A stretch of 50,143 bases of DNA from Chromera velia (taxonomy: Eukaryota). Below the pieces are notes generated by a model. That model searched no databases, was not told the DNA's origin, and was given only the letters and a program-made list of their open reading frames with translations. The position numbers and the translations under genes were made by a program. Shown here in pieces: positions 10,378 to 23,616 of this stretch. Numbering within the stretch: the first letter of the stretch is position 1; each line of letters opens with the position of its first letter. The stretch is taken from assembly GCA_018398765.1 (NCBI GenBank), contig JAHBMJ010000339.1, positions 1 to 50,143 on the forward strand. The letters are read 5' to 3'.

Positions 10378-12088
10378 TGCGTGTGTGCGTGTGTATGTGT
10401 GTGTGTTTGTGTGGGTGTAAATATGTGTCCATGTGAATGTGCAATTGTGCGTGTTGCAGATCTTCAATGGAGGCATCTTCATCACCGGAGACTTCAACTA
10501 CCGCATCGACGCCTGCCACCTCACTGCCCGCATGGCTGCCCACGATGCCTCGTTCAAGACCACCAAGGCCAGGACTGATTTCTTCTCCGCCCTCACGAAT
10601 GCCGCCAAAAAGACCCAAGAGCACGCCACCCTCTCGGCATGGTTCTGGGAGAGTTTCCTCAACATGCCTCTCTACACCACCCGTGTGAGCTCAGGTCCCA
10701 GCAGATACGATGCCATCAGAGACTCGGACGGCTGGCAGCGTGCCGACATCCTCGCAAAAGATGCGCCCAACAATTTTCTCATTGACGATCCCTACACCTT
10801 CCCTCCCGGATATTCCTGGGCCCCTGGTGAGGACGGCATGGACATTGAGGTCAACATCCAGAAGAACCGTTACGCCTACTACATGGCCAATGACGAGACC
10901 CCAGAGGGGCCATACGACGATGACCTCCTCCAAACTCTCCGCACGGCCCTCAGAGAAATTGCACACAAAGAGAAGGTCGCACCAGTGACCGACAAGGTGA
11001 AGGAATACCTCGAGAAAAAGGCCCAAAGCCAGGACCCCCAAAACGACCAGACCCTCACAACCTTCAAGAGCCTCCTCGATGCGATGTTCTCCGATCAGAT
11101 CAAGAAGGCGTTTGCCCACGCGAACATTCCCGACTACAGATTCTTCATGGGCGGCATGTGCGCGCTGATGTCGACCCACTGGGCGGCTGGGCTCTCCAGC
11201 TTCCACGAGAACGGGGCGAAGGGAAAATTCAACGCCGCCTACCTGCCCACGGACTTCGATGCGACTGCTTTTGCCACCTACGACAAGTTGCCCTCCAAAC
11301 AGTCAGTCAGCCAGCCAGTGAGTTTTTGAGTCAGACGGCAGACAGACATCTTCCATCAAGCACGAGATAGAAACTGCTGGGGCCTTTCTGCTTCCTTATC
11401 TGTGGCCCTTTCTCTCTCTGAATCTATACGTCATGTCTCCGGAACGGTCTCTCTCTCTCTTTGACGTATGAGGTGCTGAAGGCCTTTTTGGGGGTCGTGT
11501 CTTTTGATCGTTCGTGTTTGCAGGATGACCTGGATCGAGTACTTCCTCCAGGACACCTGCATGGACGCGATGATGGGCCCTGCCGCGAAGTGCATCGCAC
11601 ACGCAGGCAAGGACGGTGCCGTGTCCGGGTGCCACCGTTGCCTTGCGGATGAGAACCTCAAGCTCGATGGAGTGATCAAGATGGGCTACCTTGACCGTCT
11701 CCTTTACCTTCCTAACATTCAGGAAATGGAGACCTACTTCGAGAAGAGCTCCCAGTTCGTCTCCCAGGTCTCTGACCATCAGACGATGATCTACGAGGTC
11801 GTCGTGACCAAGAAGGACGACACCACGCTTGCGCCGTTCACTGTGCAGACAGCCAAGAAGAGAGGGTCGGTTGATTGGAAGGATGTGATTGAGGAGAAGG
11901 CCGGCACGAAGGTCAACGGTAACGGCGGATTCCTCGAGAGACGAGAGACCCCCGTCAAGCCCCACGGAGGCATTCAAGCACCAGCCAAGAAGGCATTGTT
12001 CCCCCTCACAGATTTTGGTATGCGTCTCTTTTCTTCCAGCCCCCCCACGCACCTCCAGATGGCGCCTTCGGAGGCGGGCGAGAGGTGA
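7116..12088 (+). CDS. Putative secreted inositol polyphosphate 5-phosphatase-like protein (EEP/IPPc fold), ~842 aa, 8 (possibly 9) exons
   Basis: In-phase GT-AG exons 7116-7703, 8029-8145, 9043-9113, 9314-9476, 9795-9857, 10082-10201, 10460-11301, 11524-12088 (alternatively 11524-12017 + 12125-12204). Signal-peptide-like [20 protein letters not shown]. IPPc motifs occur in order: [53 protein letters not shown]. Confidence 0.88.
8561..8871. repeat. Compound intronic microsatellite (GT)n/(CT)n/(GTGTCT)n/(GAGT)n
   Basis: Read directly; lies in intron 2 of the 5-phosphatase gene; source of VCVC ORFs. Confidence 0.95.
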
Positions 12089-13199
12089 ACAAACAAACTG
12101 TAACCTTTTCAATGTCTTGTGCAGTGCGACACTCTGAAGACAGAAAAGAAAAAAACAGAAACAAACTAACTCTCTTCCTGTTGAAAGTGCAAGTGCAAAG
12201 GTGACTTGAACAGAAGTTTGTCGAGAAAGAGAAGACACGAGCCGAGAAGAGCAACAAATAGAGAAACGAAGAGAAAAGAAAAAAAACATGTGGACAAGTA
12301 CTAATCAAAGCGGTGGATTGGAAACTTGAAAGAATCTCCCGCTTATTTCCATGCGACTTTGAAGACTGAACGTTCGAGACAACGCCGACAGGAATGACCA
12401 AAAAGAAGAAAAAGCAAGAACGTATTTTTTGCACTTTGCTTCCGTCTCTTCGATCAGTCTGTGAGCCAGTGACTCATCCACTAAGTTTGTACACGAACAC
12501 CAAAAGAGATCGAGAACAAAAGTCAATGAATGGGGCCAAGGATGAAACACGCAGAAATGAAAAAAGAGAACCGAAGACAGTCGAGAGGCATTATGTTCTT
12601 TAAGACACGCAAACAAGATATGGAGGCAGTCTGCAGTCTGCAGGCGGCGACCCGTAGAGAAAGTGTCAAATTTTCACCTATCAAACTTGGACCTAAGTGA
12701 TCATGCAGAGGAATTGCACCCTCAGACAGACACCTTTGGTGAGCACACGGTGATTCCTGCCTGCATGGTCGAGGAAGGTGTTATGAAAGGTTGGGGAGGG
12801 AACTTCAGTTGGAACTGAATCGCATCCCCACCAACGCGCACGAAAGCAAGCCTGTTGAATGAAACACCCATGCATGTCGAAAGAACAGACTGACATTCTA
12901 CGTCACATTTGTAAACAAACATCACAAAAGAACATAAGGAAGATGCAGAAAAGGAGATGACACAATGAAGGAGAGAAAGGAGGAATGTAAGCAGAGTGGT
13001 GCATGCCGTGATCGGCATGCACTGTCATGCAGATCGACGACTCATTGCAAAGGTAAGCAAAGGGATGACTAGAGCGGTAAACAAGTAAATCAGCTTTGGT
13101 GAGCTGGATGAAAGACGCAATTGCGACTATATTGTGGCGATTGCATCACGCATTCAGGCCAAGGTTTCGAAAGCGCGCATCAATGTGCATGTTGCTAAA

Positions 13200-14000
13200 G
13201 CAGCCAGCCATTAACATTGATTCCAAGGCGCAATGAATTCCTTCATACCGATCGAGTTATATGCTAGCTGATATATTTTATCATATCTCCGAGTATATCT
13301 CAGCCTATAGCCTAGTCTATATAGCCTCCTAGATAGCTTCTTAGATAGCTTCTTAATAACAGTCATCATCATTATTAACATTATATAATTAAGTACATGA
13401 AACAATAGAGCTACTACTATATAAGTTTGTTAGTAACAAATTAAATTTCAATTTATCTAGACGGTGCACTAGATAAAGAAATTAAAAAAAAAAAAAAAAG
13501 GATTTTTTTTCCATATATATCTTTTCTTTTTTTCTTATATTTGTCACCCCCTTAAGTAGACAAACAACTGTTGTTTAAGTGTTGTATGAGTGTTGCAGGC
13601 TAGGTTGCAGGGAGTGCGTATTGCATAAAAGACACCCGTTGTTTAGTGCTAGGTTTAGTAGATATCATAAAAGAAAAATATAAAAACTATATATACATGC
13701 ATGCAGACAGTTTAGCAGGCAGTACGTTGAAAAAACTTAAATTAAACTAGAAATTAAACTATCTGGTAAATTATAATCTTTTCGACTTATACTGATCGAT
13801 TTAATTCGCTGTTTAAGTTTCAGCTTGAAATCAACAAGCTAGTCAAAAAGACTTTTAAAAGAGGCATGTTTTTTCTATATATAGTTTTTTAACGCACCTA
13901 ATAATTGTTTTGACTGGTGTTTCGAAAGATAATTATAAAAACTATTTTGATAAACAAATCTGACACTTGATATTATGGCAGGAGAACGGGTTCATCGGAG
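13200..14000. other. AT-rich intergenic island, possibly decayed transposon sequence
   Basis: Abrupt rise in AT and TA content with few long ORFs; short tandem TAGC(C/T) repeats at ~13300-13355 and GTTG-periodic units at 13570-13612; no clear TIR pair found. Confidence 0.4.
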
Positions 14001-17000
14001 TAATTTTGTTTTCGTTGCCTTTTGATACGCGCCGGCCGTTTCGCGTTGCCCCGGCCAGGCCAGGCCTGACTTCACTGCAGTATCACTGGATCCCTCAGAA
14101 TCGATCAGGCTGCAGCCAGTCCTAGAGCCAGTCGCCAATTATTTCTTCTTTCTGAATTCTTCAACCCAGCTAGCTTTCAACAGCTCACCCACACCAGCGT
14201 GCAAGTCTTCTGCATCTAGTTCTGCATGTAATTCCAACCGCATTGAAGGAACCTCCCCTTCAGGTACGTCTCAGCTGTCCATTTGAGAAATTCAGGATCG
14301 ATCCGAAGGTATCCTTCCAGGCTGCAAATTCGGCCGGTCGATCCATAAAGCAGCAAAAAAAAAAGAGACGAAGAAGGAAGAGAATTGCCTGGAAATAGAG
14401 AAAGCAGTAAAGAAGAAAACGATAAACAGAACAGCAGAGACGGTTTGTTGGGACAAGCTAAAAGAAAGCGAAAGAAACGGGGAGCTCGTTTTTCTGAATT
14501 GGAACTTAAATAGGCACAACGAACGAACCGACGAAGGGTACAGTTCAAAAATGGACCTGCATATCAACTTGCTTCCCTTTCCCTTCTCTCTGTCTCCCAT
14601 GCAGCCAAAATTTCCTCTAGACGGTCAGACAGCTAGGAGCCTTCAAACCCTGTCTTCTTCTTCTTGAGGAGGTGAGACCATCTCTCGGGCAGTACGAAAG
14701 AAAGAAAAACTATGTGTGTGCAGGCGTGATGAAAGAAAGCTTTCTTGGGAAAAAGGGAAAGACGAGCAGAAAACAAACAAAAACCACGGACTGGTTGAAC
14801 TTTGCCCCTTTTCTCCCACGGGTGTGTTGTCAATGGTGCAATCGGGATTCCTCACTTCCCCAACACGACCAGTCAGTCATTCAGTCAGGAACGGAGGAAT
14901 GCAAGAAGGAAGACGAGAATGGATCTGAATTCTTTCTTCTTCCATCCGAAGCAGCTGTTGTTTTTCCATTCCGTTCTGCTCCCATCCTCATTATTTTGCT
15001 TTGTTTCTCCTTTTCTTACTCGAAATGTGTGAGTGCTTCTACCGTCAATTTCTTTTCTTTTCTTCGAGTGTTCCCGGACTGCCTGTCTCCTTGCTGGCTC
15101 CCACACACACGGGGCAGACTAAGCAAGCCCTGAAGAGAAGAAGGCTCAATTTTGAGCTCGGTAAATAGGTCTATTCGTTAGTTAGAATACAAAACATCAG
15201 AAACAACCCAAACCAGTGGAGCCGCGGCATAGAGGCAGGGCAAGCGGATGAAGGAATTTGTCTTTCAGTCCAATCATCGTGATGGAATGGGTGTAGCCAA
15301 AACCTCAAACTCAGAATGGAATGACGACAGACGAGCGGATTGTCCTCCTTCACGCAAATGTCATGCATGCATGCAGAGAGAGAGAAAAAAAACTCTCGAT
15401 CTTTCAAGCGCCTTCATTCACCCCGCCTTTCTTTCGTTTGTTGTCTGGACTTACACAACAGTCCATGCATTTGATTCATAGACTGAGTAATTGTCTCTTA
15501 GCTGCTTTTTTCCTTCATCTTTTTTTGCTCGCCTCTGCCGCTTTTTCGTTCTCGTCATTTTCTCGTGCCTTCACTGCCTGTCATCTTACTTTTCTCTTTC
15601 CTTTGCCACCTGGCTTGTTCAGCTCAGCCATGCAGATCACTGACTTACCCTTCCCACCCTTTCCCGACAGTACGTGTGTCTTTGACTTGATGCGATTGGT
15701 TTTCACTTTTTTTCCCTTTTCTTCTTAGCTCAACCTTCCTACCCTTTCCCAGTGCAACTCTTCACGAAAAGGAAAAGCAACATCGCCATAGAGGCGTGCA
15801 CTCAGGCAGGAGGGTAGGGAACGAAAAGATGTTGCCTGAAGCACAAGCGCTACGTCGGCATGGGAAAGAGAAGAGTAAAAATGACGACGGCATGGGTGCA
15901 CTACCGTTCCGCGTCTCTCTCACACATTGTATTTCTCTTCCGCCCTTCCTCTTTGATCTTCTGTCTGTCTTTTCGTACTTGCCGTCTATCTGTCACTAGA
16001 GCCGCTCATCTGTCCCTCTCCCTCTGCCCCACGAGAAAGACTCCGCTCTCCCTCCCTCTCCTTTTCTGTGTCAGGTCTCTTCAGGTTTCTTTTGCTTGTC
16101 CGTCTGATTGACTGTCTGTAAAAAGGGACACCCAAAACGACCGACAAGAAAGAAGTCAGCGCTTCGTGATCTGAAACCTTCTGTCCGTTCCGGTCCTTAT
16201 CCGACTAGAAGCAACGAATGAAACTACAAGTCTACCATCAGCCAAAGCAGGAAAGAAATGGCGAACCAACTTACCAGCGAAGCAAGTTCTGGTTCTGATG
16301 TCCTCCTTTGCTCTCAAATGCCCTGCCTTTCTGTCTGTCTTCTTCATCCAGACAGCCAGAAAGTGAAGTGAGGATACAAGGAGTACGGACGTCATCAAGA
16401 AACGAAAAAGGGACACCCAATGTCTCCCCTGCCTCCCTCCATCCCCAAACGAAACCCTGTGATTGAAGAAGAAAGGGCAGAAAGAAGGACGAAAGATGAG
16501 AGAGACAGCTGGTAAAGAGGAGACGGAGGGGCAACATCCATCCAGGGAGAGAATTAAGAGACGTGTGTGTGTTTGGCATGCAATCAAGTGGATAAAAAGA
16601 GGGAAAGCGAGAGGAAAGAGGAAAGGGGAAAGAACGTAAAGGAGCTTTGCCTGCGTGCGTGCAAATGAGACGATAACTTGATGCTCGCCTTTCAGTTGAG
16701 CGCAAAGAATTGGACGGGAGAAGGGAGAAACAGATGCTTTTCAACATGATATAAGATGAAAGAAGATGAGTGGAGTGCTTGCGATGGTGAAGCGATCGAA
16801 AACTTTCGACTCCGTCCAGACAAAAGTGAGAGAGAGGGAGAGAGAAGGAGACTACAGACTGAAGGCGCAGCACAAAAAGATGAAAAAGAGCCAAATTCAG
16901 ATGGAGAAGTCACCAAGAGCTGTGTCGTTAGTTGCAGTGAAGGGAAACAAGAGGGGGGAAGGAGGGGGTTCTTTTTGGATTCTTAAATAAGTCTTCCTTT

Positions 17001-20000
17001 TTTCAATGCGTGGTTGGGTTCCAAGCATGAATGAATGAAAAAAAGAATCGACACTTTCCTTTCTTTAAATAAATAGAGGGAGGGGCTGACAGCAGAACCC
17101 CAGAAGAAAATCCATTTGCTTCCTTCGCACGCACTCATCTGATGAAACGAATGGAACCAGGCACACGCACAAAGGCAACGACATGTTGAGAAGGAGGGAG
17201 AAAGGGAGAGAAACAAATAGAGAAGTGAAAGAAGGAGTGGATGAATGAGGTGGAAGCAATCCTGTTGCAGGATCGCCTCCTCCTGTCCCCGCCCTCTCCT
17301 GCAGGGGAGACGAAGAACAAAACGGGAGTCAAGCAAGCACGGAAGAGAGAAAGAAAGAAACGGCCAATGGCACAAAAACCTCACGCCATTTCTTTCGTTT
17401 CTTTGAGTCCGTTTCTGCGTGCAGTCTGCCTCTCAGTTTCTTCTTTTGATTGTTGGTGATTCGGATCGACGCTCTTCCAGTTCCTTCTCACGCAACAAGA
17501 CAAAGACAAAAAAGGACGAATCAAGGTAGAGCCAGCGCAACAAACGGAAGCCCACACCTCCCTTGCGGTTGATGTACAAAGAGAGAAAGAGACGTTGCAC
17601 GCACGAAGGGGACGAAGAAGACACATGAGTCAGTCATTCACTCACCCATGCAGACTTAATTGATTGAACACAGAGACAGACAAAGAACGAAACCTTACTG
17701 GCATACAGACACACGCACAACACAGAGACGAACAAAGAAGAGAGGAGCGAGTTCGACTCCTCTCCACCGTCCTCTTGTTGCATATAAAGCACAACAAACG
17801 AAACTACAGGGTGTCAAAAACAGGCAGGCAGGCAGGCAGGCGGGTGCAGAACGAAGAAGCATCAGACAGAAGCACACACGCATGCAGGGTACATATGTAC
17901 CATGTAAGCTGAATGCAAATGGAGACAGGCACAGAGACAGAGACCAGGATGTGACGCAGTTGAGAGAACACGCATGCACAGGCAGAGGCAACCATCCATT
18001 AATTCATCCAAAGAAACGGATAAATAAGCCAAACTCTGTACTGTCAGGCGAATTCGCCAAGTAGAACCCCCCATCCTTGCCCCTACATGCTCTAAGGTTG
18101 TACATTCCCTCTACCGATGTCACTGCAGAGGGTCAACACACTCTTTCTTGACGCTTCTTGCTCTTCAATTCTCCCCTTTGCTTTCTTCTGCTTTTCCTCC
18201 TCTAGATGCTCCTCCTCCTGCACACCGTCAGTCATCAGATCAATGACTTCCTTTCTTTTGTTTCCCTCTTTTTCTTTTGAGACAGAGAGAAAAAGGGGAC
18301 AGACAATTACTACACAAATATTGAAGAACAAATCGGTTCCCCCCCCAGCCCCACAACCCGGACAGATCCATACCCTTTGGTGGCTTTGCCTTTGTGATGC
18401 TCCAAACTTTACCTTTACCTGCCTTCGTTTGTCTGAGAAAGAGTCGAAGGGCGTCTCTTCGCCGTGAGAAAGAAAGTCAGCACACACAGACACGCCGACA
18501 GACCGACAGCCCTAAAGCTGATCAGATCAAGACCATCCAGCACCGCATCGTTTCCCGGTGCACACAGAAAACGAACAGAAAGAGGGAGGGAAAGAGACGA
18601 ATGAGGAGACACAGACAGCTAAGCAGATTGAAAGACCAAGCTATCGTCCTTCCTTGCTTCCTTCCTCCCTTCCTTCCGTTGAAAGACCACATCGATCGCG
18701 AAGATCCAGAGAGACGGTGATGATGCCAGCAGAACATCCACGAGACGAAAGAGAGACAGGGAGGGACAGCAGAGGAATTCTGATGAGAGGAGCGAGGGAG
18801 GCTACATATCGACCTCTTCCTCAAAGGCATTCATTCCAGGAGGAAGGAAGAACAAAGAACGGGTCCAGGGAGTGAGTGCTCTTTTGCCTTCCCCGTTGTT
18901 GCATTGCTTTCCTTTTGTCTCTTGTTCTTCTCGTCTTTTTATGATGTCCCATTCATCCATCCATCCATCCTCCTTTCTGCCCAGCTGCCCCACTGAGCGA
19001 TTCCTCTTTCTTCCGTCTTTCCTCTTTGCTCGTGTCCTTTCACCCGTCTGTCTCTTTTCCACTCTGTTCACACATCTTTTGTGACGGGGGCGACTTTTGT
19101 TTTGACGCGGTCGACTTGGTCCGCTTCCAAATCATTCGGATGTAGTGGCCTGTTTTCTTTCTTTCTTTCTTCCTTCCTTCTTTTTTTTACAGAGGTTTTC
19201 TTTCTTTCTCCTGACCAGAAGACGTCTTGTTCTCTCCTGTCTTTCACCCACACGGCTGTCTTGTCTGTTTGTACGGACTTGAAGAGACACACCCCTTTTT
19301 TCTTCTGACGCACGCATTCCCGACCGTCGACATCTTTGTGCGTTTGGAGGAATGCGAAGGTTGAACAACAAAAAGAAGAGGAAGGAGAGGAATAAGGAAA
19401 GGAAGAAAAGAGAAGTCATTCAAGACAAGTAACCAAAAATTCAACTCGCTTGGCTGGCTCCACCCTGTCGGGTTGGTTGGTGCTTTTCTTTTCATGGCCT
19501 TCCAAGGAGACGGCCACGACGACGGAAGGATTCACGAACTGCAAAGCCAATCCGGGAGGCCTGGTAGACAGGAGGACAAGCGAGTCCTACACAAAAGAGG
19601 AACTTCAGGCAGAAGAAAAAGAAGAAGAAGACGAGAAAATTCTCAAGGAAAGATGGAAAAGAAGAAGGAAAGAAAGAAAGAAAAGAAGGAATGACACGCA
19701 GACAGACAGAAAGATTGACTAGGTCAGGTTGAGTCGGTTCCAATCATCATCATCAGAATGAGTGACGGAGTCTGGATACGCGCATGCACGCATCCACCCC
19801 CATTTCTCGAATTCCGACCCTCTCCATACATTCCCCCCTTTCCCTTTCCCTCTTCCCTGTTTTCCGAATTCGTTCTTTGCATACATTCATCGTTTTGAGG
19901 CAGAGGGAGAGAAAGAGAGGGGGAGGGAGGGAGAACCATTGATTGCATGCATGCTTCATGTTGAATTCGTTAGGGCACTTTCCTTCTTCCTTTCTCTCTT

Positions 20001-22121
20001 TGCTGCTTTTTTTGGTTGGAGCGTGATTTCCTTCTTTCCACGGTTGAAGAAATGGACTGTATGTCTCTTTTTTTGTCTCTATACAATGGACCGAAAGGTC
20101 CTCGTCATTCATTCATCTTCTAATTTCTCATCTACCATTTGTTGTTGTCACACTTCCGTACCACCTCATACTGAGGGTACACCTGTCATTTTTGGCCTTC
20201 TTCCTTCCTTCCTTCCTGTGCATTCCTCTCCAGATACAAAATCGACACACAACGTTAGTGCAAAGATCATTCAGAACGAACGAGGGGGCAAGCAGAAGAA
20301 AGGGAGGAGCAAGCACGTAAGAAAAAGAGGCCGGCACTAGAGGGGACGAATGTGGCATAGAAAGGAATGAAAGGCGCTGCAGCTCTGTTGAAATGAAAGA
20401 CATCGAGAAGGAAAGAAGGTGGGCGGGCACGAAGAGCGGAGAGGAAATGCGAAGACAAAATGGAGACGTCCAGGCATTTGGTTTGGGCGTCATGCGACTG
20501 AACAAATGGAGTGATGGGTAAATAGATCGACGCATACTTTCTTTTCTTCTTCAGATTGTTTCTCGTCCAATCGAAAAACAAAGAGAGAGAGAAAAGAAAA
20601 GAAATCACGCACGCACGCACCCCCTCCCCTCTTCAACTTCGCAGCCAGACCAAGAAGGCGAAATTTGCGATTGGCGCTCTCAGTGACGCTTGTTCCTTCC
20701 TCTTCTCTTAAGTGTGTGTGTCTGTATGACTTCAATTCGTCAATGCATGTCTTCTGCCCCCAACAATTCTCATTGGTCGCTTTGCCGCCCCTCTCTTCCC
20801 TGAGAGAAGAAAGGGTAGATAGAGAAGAGTTCAGGAAGCTAGATTGATTCAGTAAGAGGGAGAGGAGGAAGGAGGAAGTCTTGACTTGCTTCGTTTTCCT
20901 ATCTCTTTCCAGTTTGTTTGTAAGATCTGTTTCTTTGAAAACCTCCTTTCCCTCCTTCCCTGCTCTCAAACGACTGAACGAGGGACTCGCTCACTGACTG
21001 AGACTGATCAATCAAACGCGCCCCCCCCCCCCTATTCGTCCAACAGGCAGACGATACAGGCAGGCAGACAGGGCTCCCTCCAGCCAGAGACAGACAGACA
21101 ACCCGGCCAGGTGGAATTGCCAGACAGACAGACAGACAGACAGACAGACAGGAACAAAACATGTGGAGAAAGGAAGATGTGTGCGAGAAAGCGCGACATG
21201 GAACACGGCCAGGGGAGAAGGGATACCTCTTCCGACATTCATTGAGTTATGGCGGTTCGAAGAGTGTTGTCCGGAAACAACGAAGAGAAGTGCGCAAGGG
21301 GGGGGGAAGGGGGATGTGTGAATAGACAGAAAGAGACCATCGGAAGCCGATACACACAGAGCTTGGAGGAAGGAGAAGAAGCTTAACAGACGGATACACG
21401 GATAAGGGAGCAAGAAAGAAGGCAGCAGAGCAGGCAAGAGGGGTGGATGGATGCTCCATCGATCCCCTGTTTTTCCCTGTGTGTCTATTTTCTCCTTTTA
21501 TCTCAGCCGCTTTTTCTTTCTTCGGCATGCACCCTAAGATGGAAGAGGCGAGGGGCCCTTTTTGGCTCGTGTTAATGTTTTCTGATTCGCTCTCTTCCTC
21601 TCCGTCTCGTTCGAGGCCGTTCCTGCAACCTCAAGTGGTTCTTTCCTTCCTTTTCTCTCCTTCGATAGTGCATCGACGACACATAAATTCTCCCCTGTCA
21701 TTCACACCTTTCTACCAGATCAAACGTCCCAAATCACATACAGGCAGGAAAAAGGCGAGAAGAAGCCAAGGCCAGAGAAGAAAATCACAACACAAGACAA
21801 GGAGAAACGACACGGAAGAGAAGAGAAGAAAAGACAGAGAAGGAGACGTATTAGCAGAATGACCGAGTGAGTGAATCGGCGAAAAGGGGGGAAGGAGAAG
21901 AGGATCCACCCAGGACCATGAAAAGAAAAGACAGGAAAGAAGGAAGGAAGAAACGATCAAGAGACTTCACTGCCCTCCCCCCAGCCCTGCCACTGCATGC
22001 CTCTCCACATGCAGTTTTCTCTTCCCTCTCTTGCTTTCCCCCCTTCCTCGCCCGTGCTGCTTCTTTCTCATCTTTTTCTCTTTTCTTCTCTTCTGAAGCA
22101 GCACACGATCATTTAGGTAAG

Positions 22122-23575
22122 TCAAAAAAGAAGAGAGGCAACATCAGTTGCCTGTACAGGCACACGATCGCCGTCCTCCTCCTCGTCCAGATCCGCCTCT
22201 GCCGTTGTTCCCGTCTCCATCAGCAGGGCGTCAGTCTCGGAACTGCCACTCGACACGCTGGCAGACACTGTGCGCGTGTCATCGCCTACCTCTTCCTCGT
22301 CTTGCTCTCCAGCCGTCTCCGTTTGCTCTTCTGCCTCCACCACTGGACCCTCAAACACAGACAGATGCACGGGGGCGGCCCTCTGTCCTCTCCCAGAAGA
22401 TGAAGAGGTTCCCTTCGCCCCCCCCCCTCGACCCCTCTTGGACTCCCGAGGGCTGTTGTCCTCCTTCACCCACACATCTGCCCTCGCGTCGACGTCGTCG
22501 GTCATGAGCACGAGGGATTCGTCGGTAAAGCGTCTCTGAAGGGAACGGAGCTCCTTCAGAAGACCAGAGGCAGTAGGGCTTTCTGCCAGACGGACAAACT
22601 TGCGAGCCACTCGGGTGGGCCCCGATGCGGAGATGGCAGTGCTGCAGAAACACAAGGAGAGGCGAAAAAAGGAAAAGAAAGAAAATCAAAGACGAATGAA
22701 AAAGGAGTACGACTCTGGTAAGAAATGGCTCCCGGTGCTTCTTTGCTTGACGTAGAAACAGAGACCAAACGAAAGCAAAGCCGACGAGAAAGAAGAGGAA
22801 GTGGGACGTCTGCAGGTTTGCCTGACTGTTTCATTTTGTGGCTGGCTGGCTTGCTGACTGACTGACGCGAACATCTCTCCAGCCCGGAAAAGAGCTTCTC
22901 TGTCTCCCTCCTGGTCCCCCACGCCGATGATGTTGAGGAAGTACCCATTGGCCCCTCCCTCCTCCTTATCGTCCCATCTCGACTTCCTCCTGAGACACAT
23001 CCCGTGGAACTGTCGCATCTCCTCAAAGAAGGCGGGGATCTGCACACACACACACACACACACACAGCCATGCAGCCACCAATCCGTATCCATCCATCCA
23101 TCCTTACATAGGTATACTCTCTCAAACTACGTAACCTTCAGAAGGTTGTTTCGTGACTTGGTGACAAATTGAGATGCGCGTCTGCAACAAGGCCCCACTC
23201 TTTTCCTTTCGTTTCAGGCAGAAAAAAAAGAGAAAAAAAAGGGGCAAAAGTTCGGGCTTCCCAATCATCAGGGACCAGAGCGAGATGAGAAAGGATAAGA
23301 GAAAATCACCCTCTGCCCCTTCGGCTGAGCACTCAACCACTCACTCACCTTCAAGTTCATCGTTCTGCCCTCAGCAGACTGCCCCCAGCCTGCACACTGC
23401 TCTCTTGCGTAGACGACCCGGGTGTTCAGTCTCTGGAGGGTGTGGTGGGTCCGGGGGAGGTACCTTGAGCCGCTCTCTGCGACCCAGTCTCCGGACGCAT
23501 TCGTCACCAGAACCACGCGAGCGTTGTCCACCTGCACACAGGGAGGAAGGACAGAAAGGGGGATCTTATGTGCAC

Positions 23576-23616
<41 letters not shown>

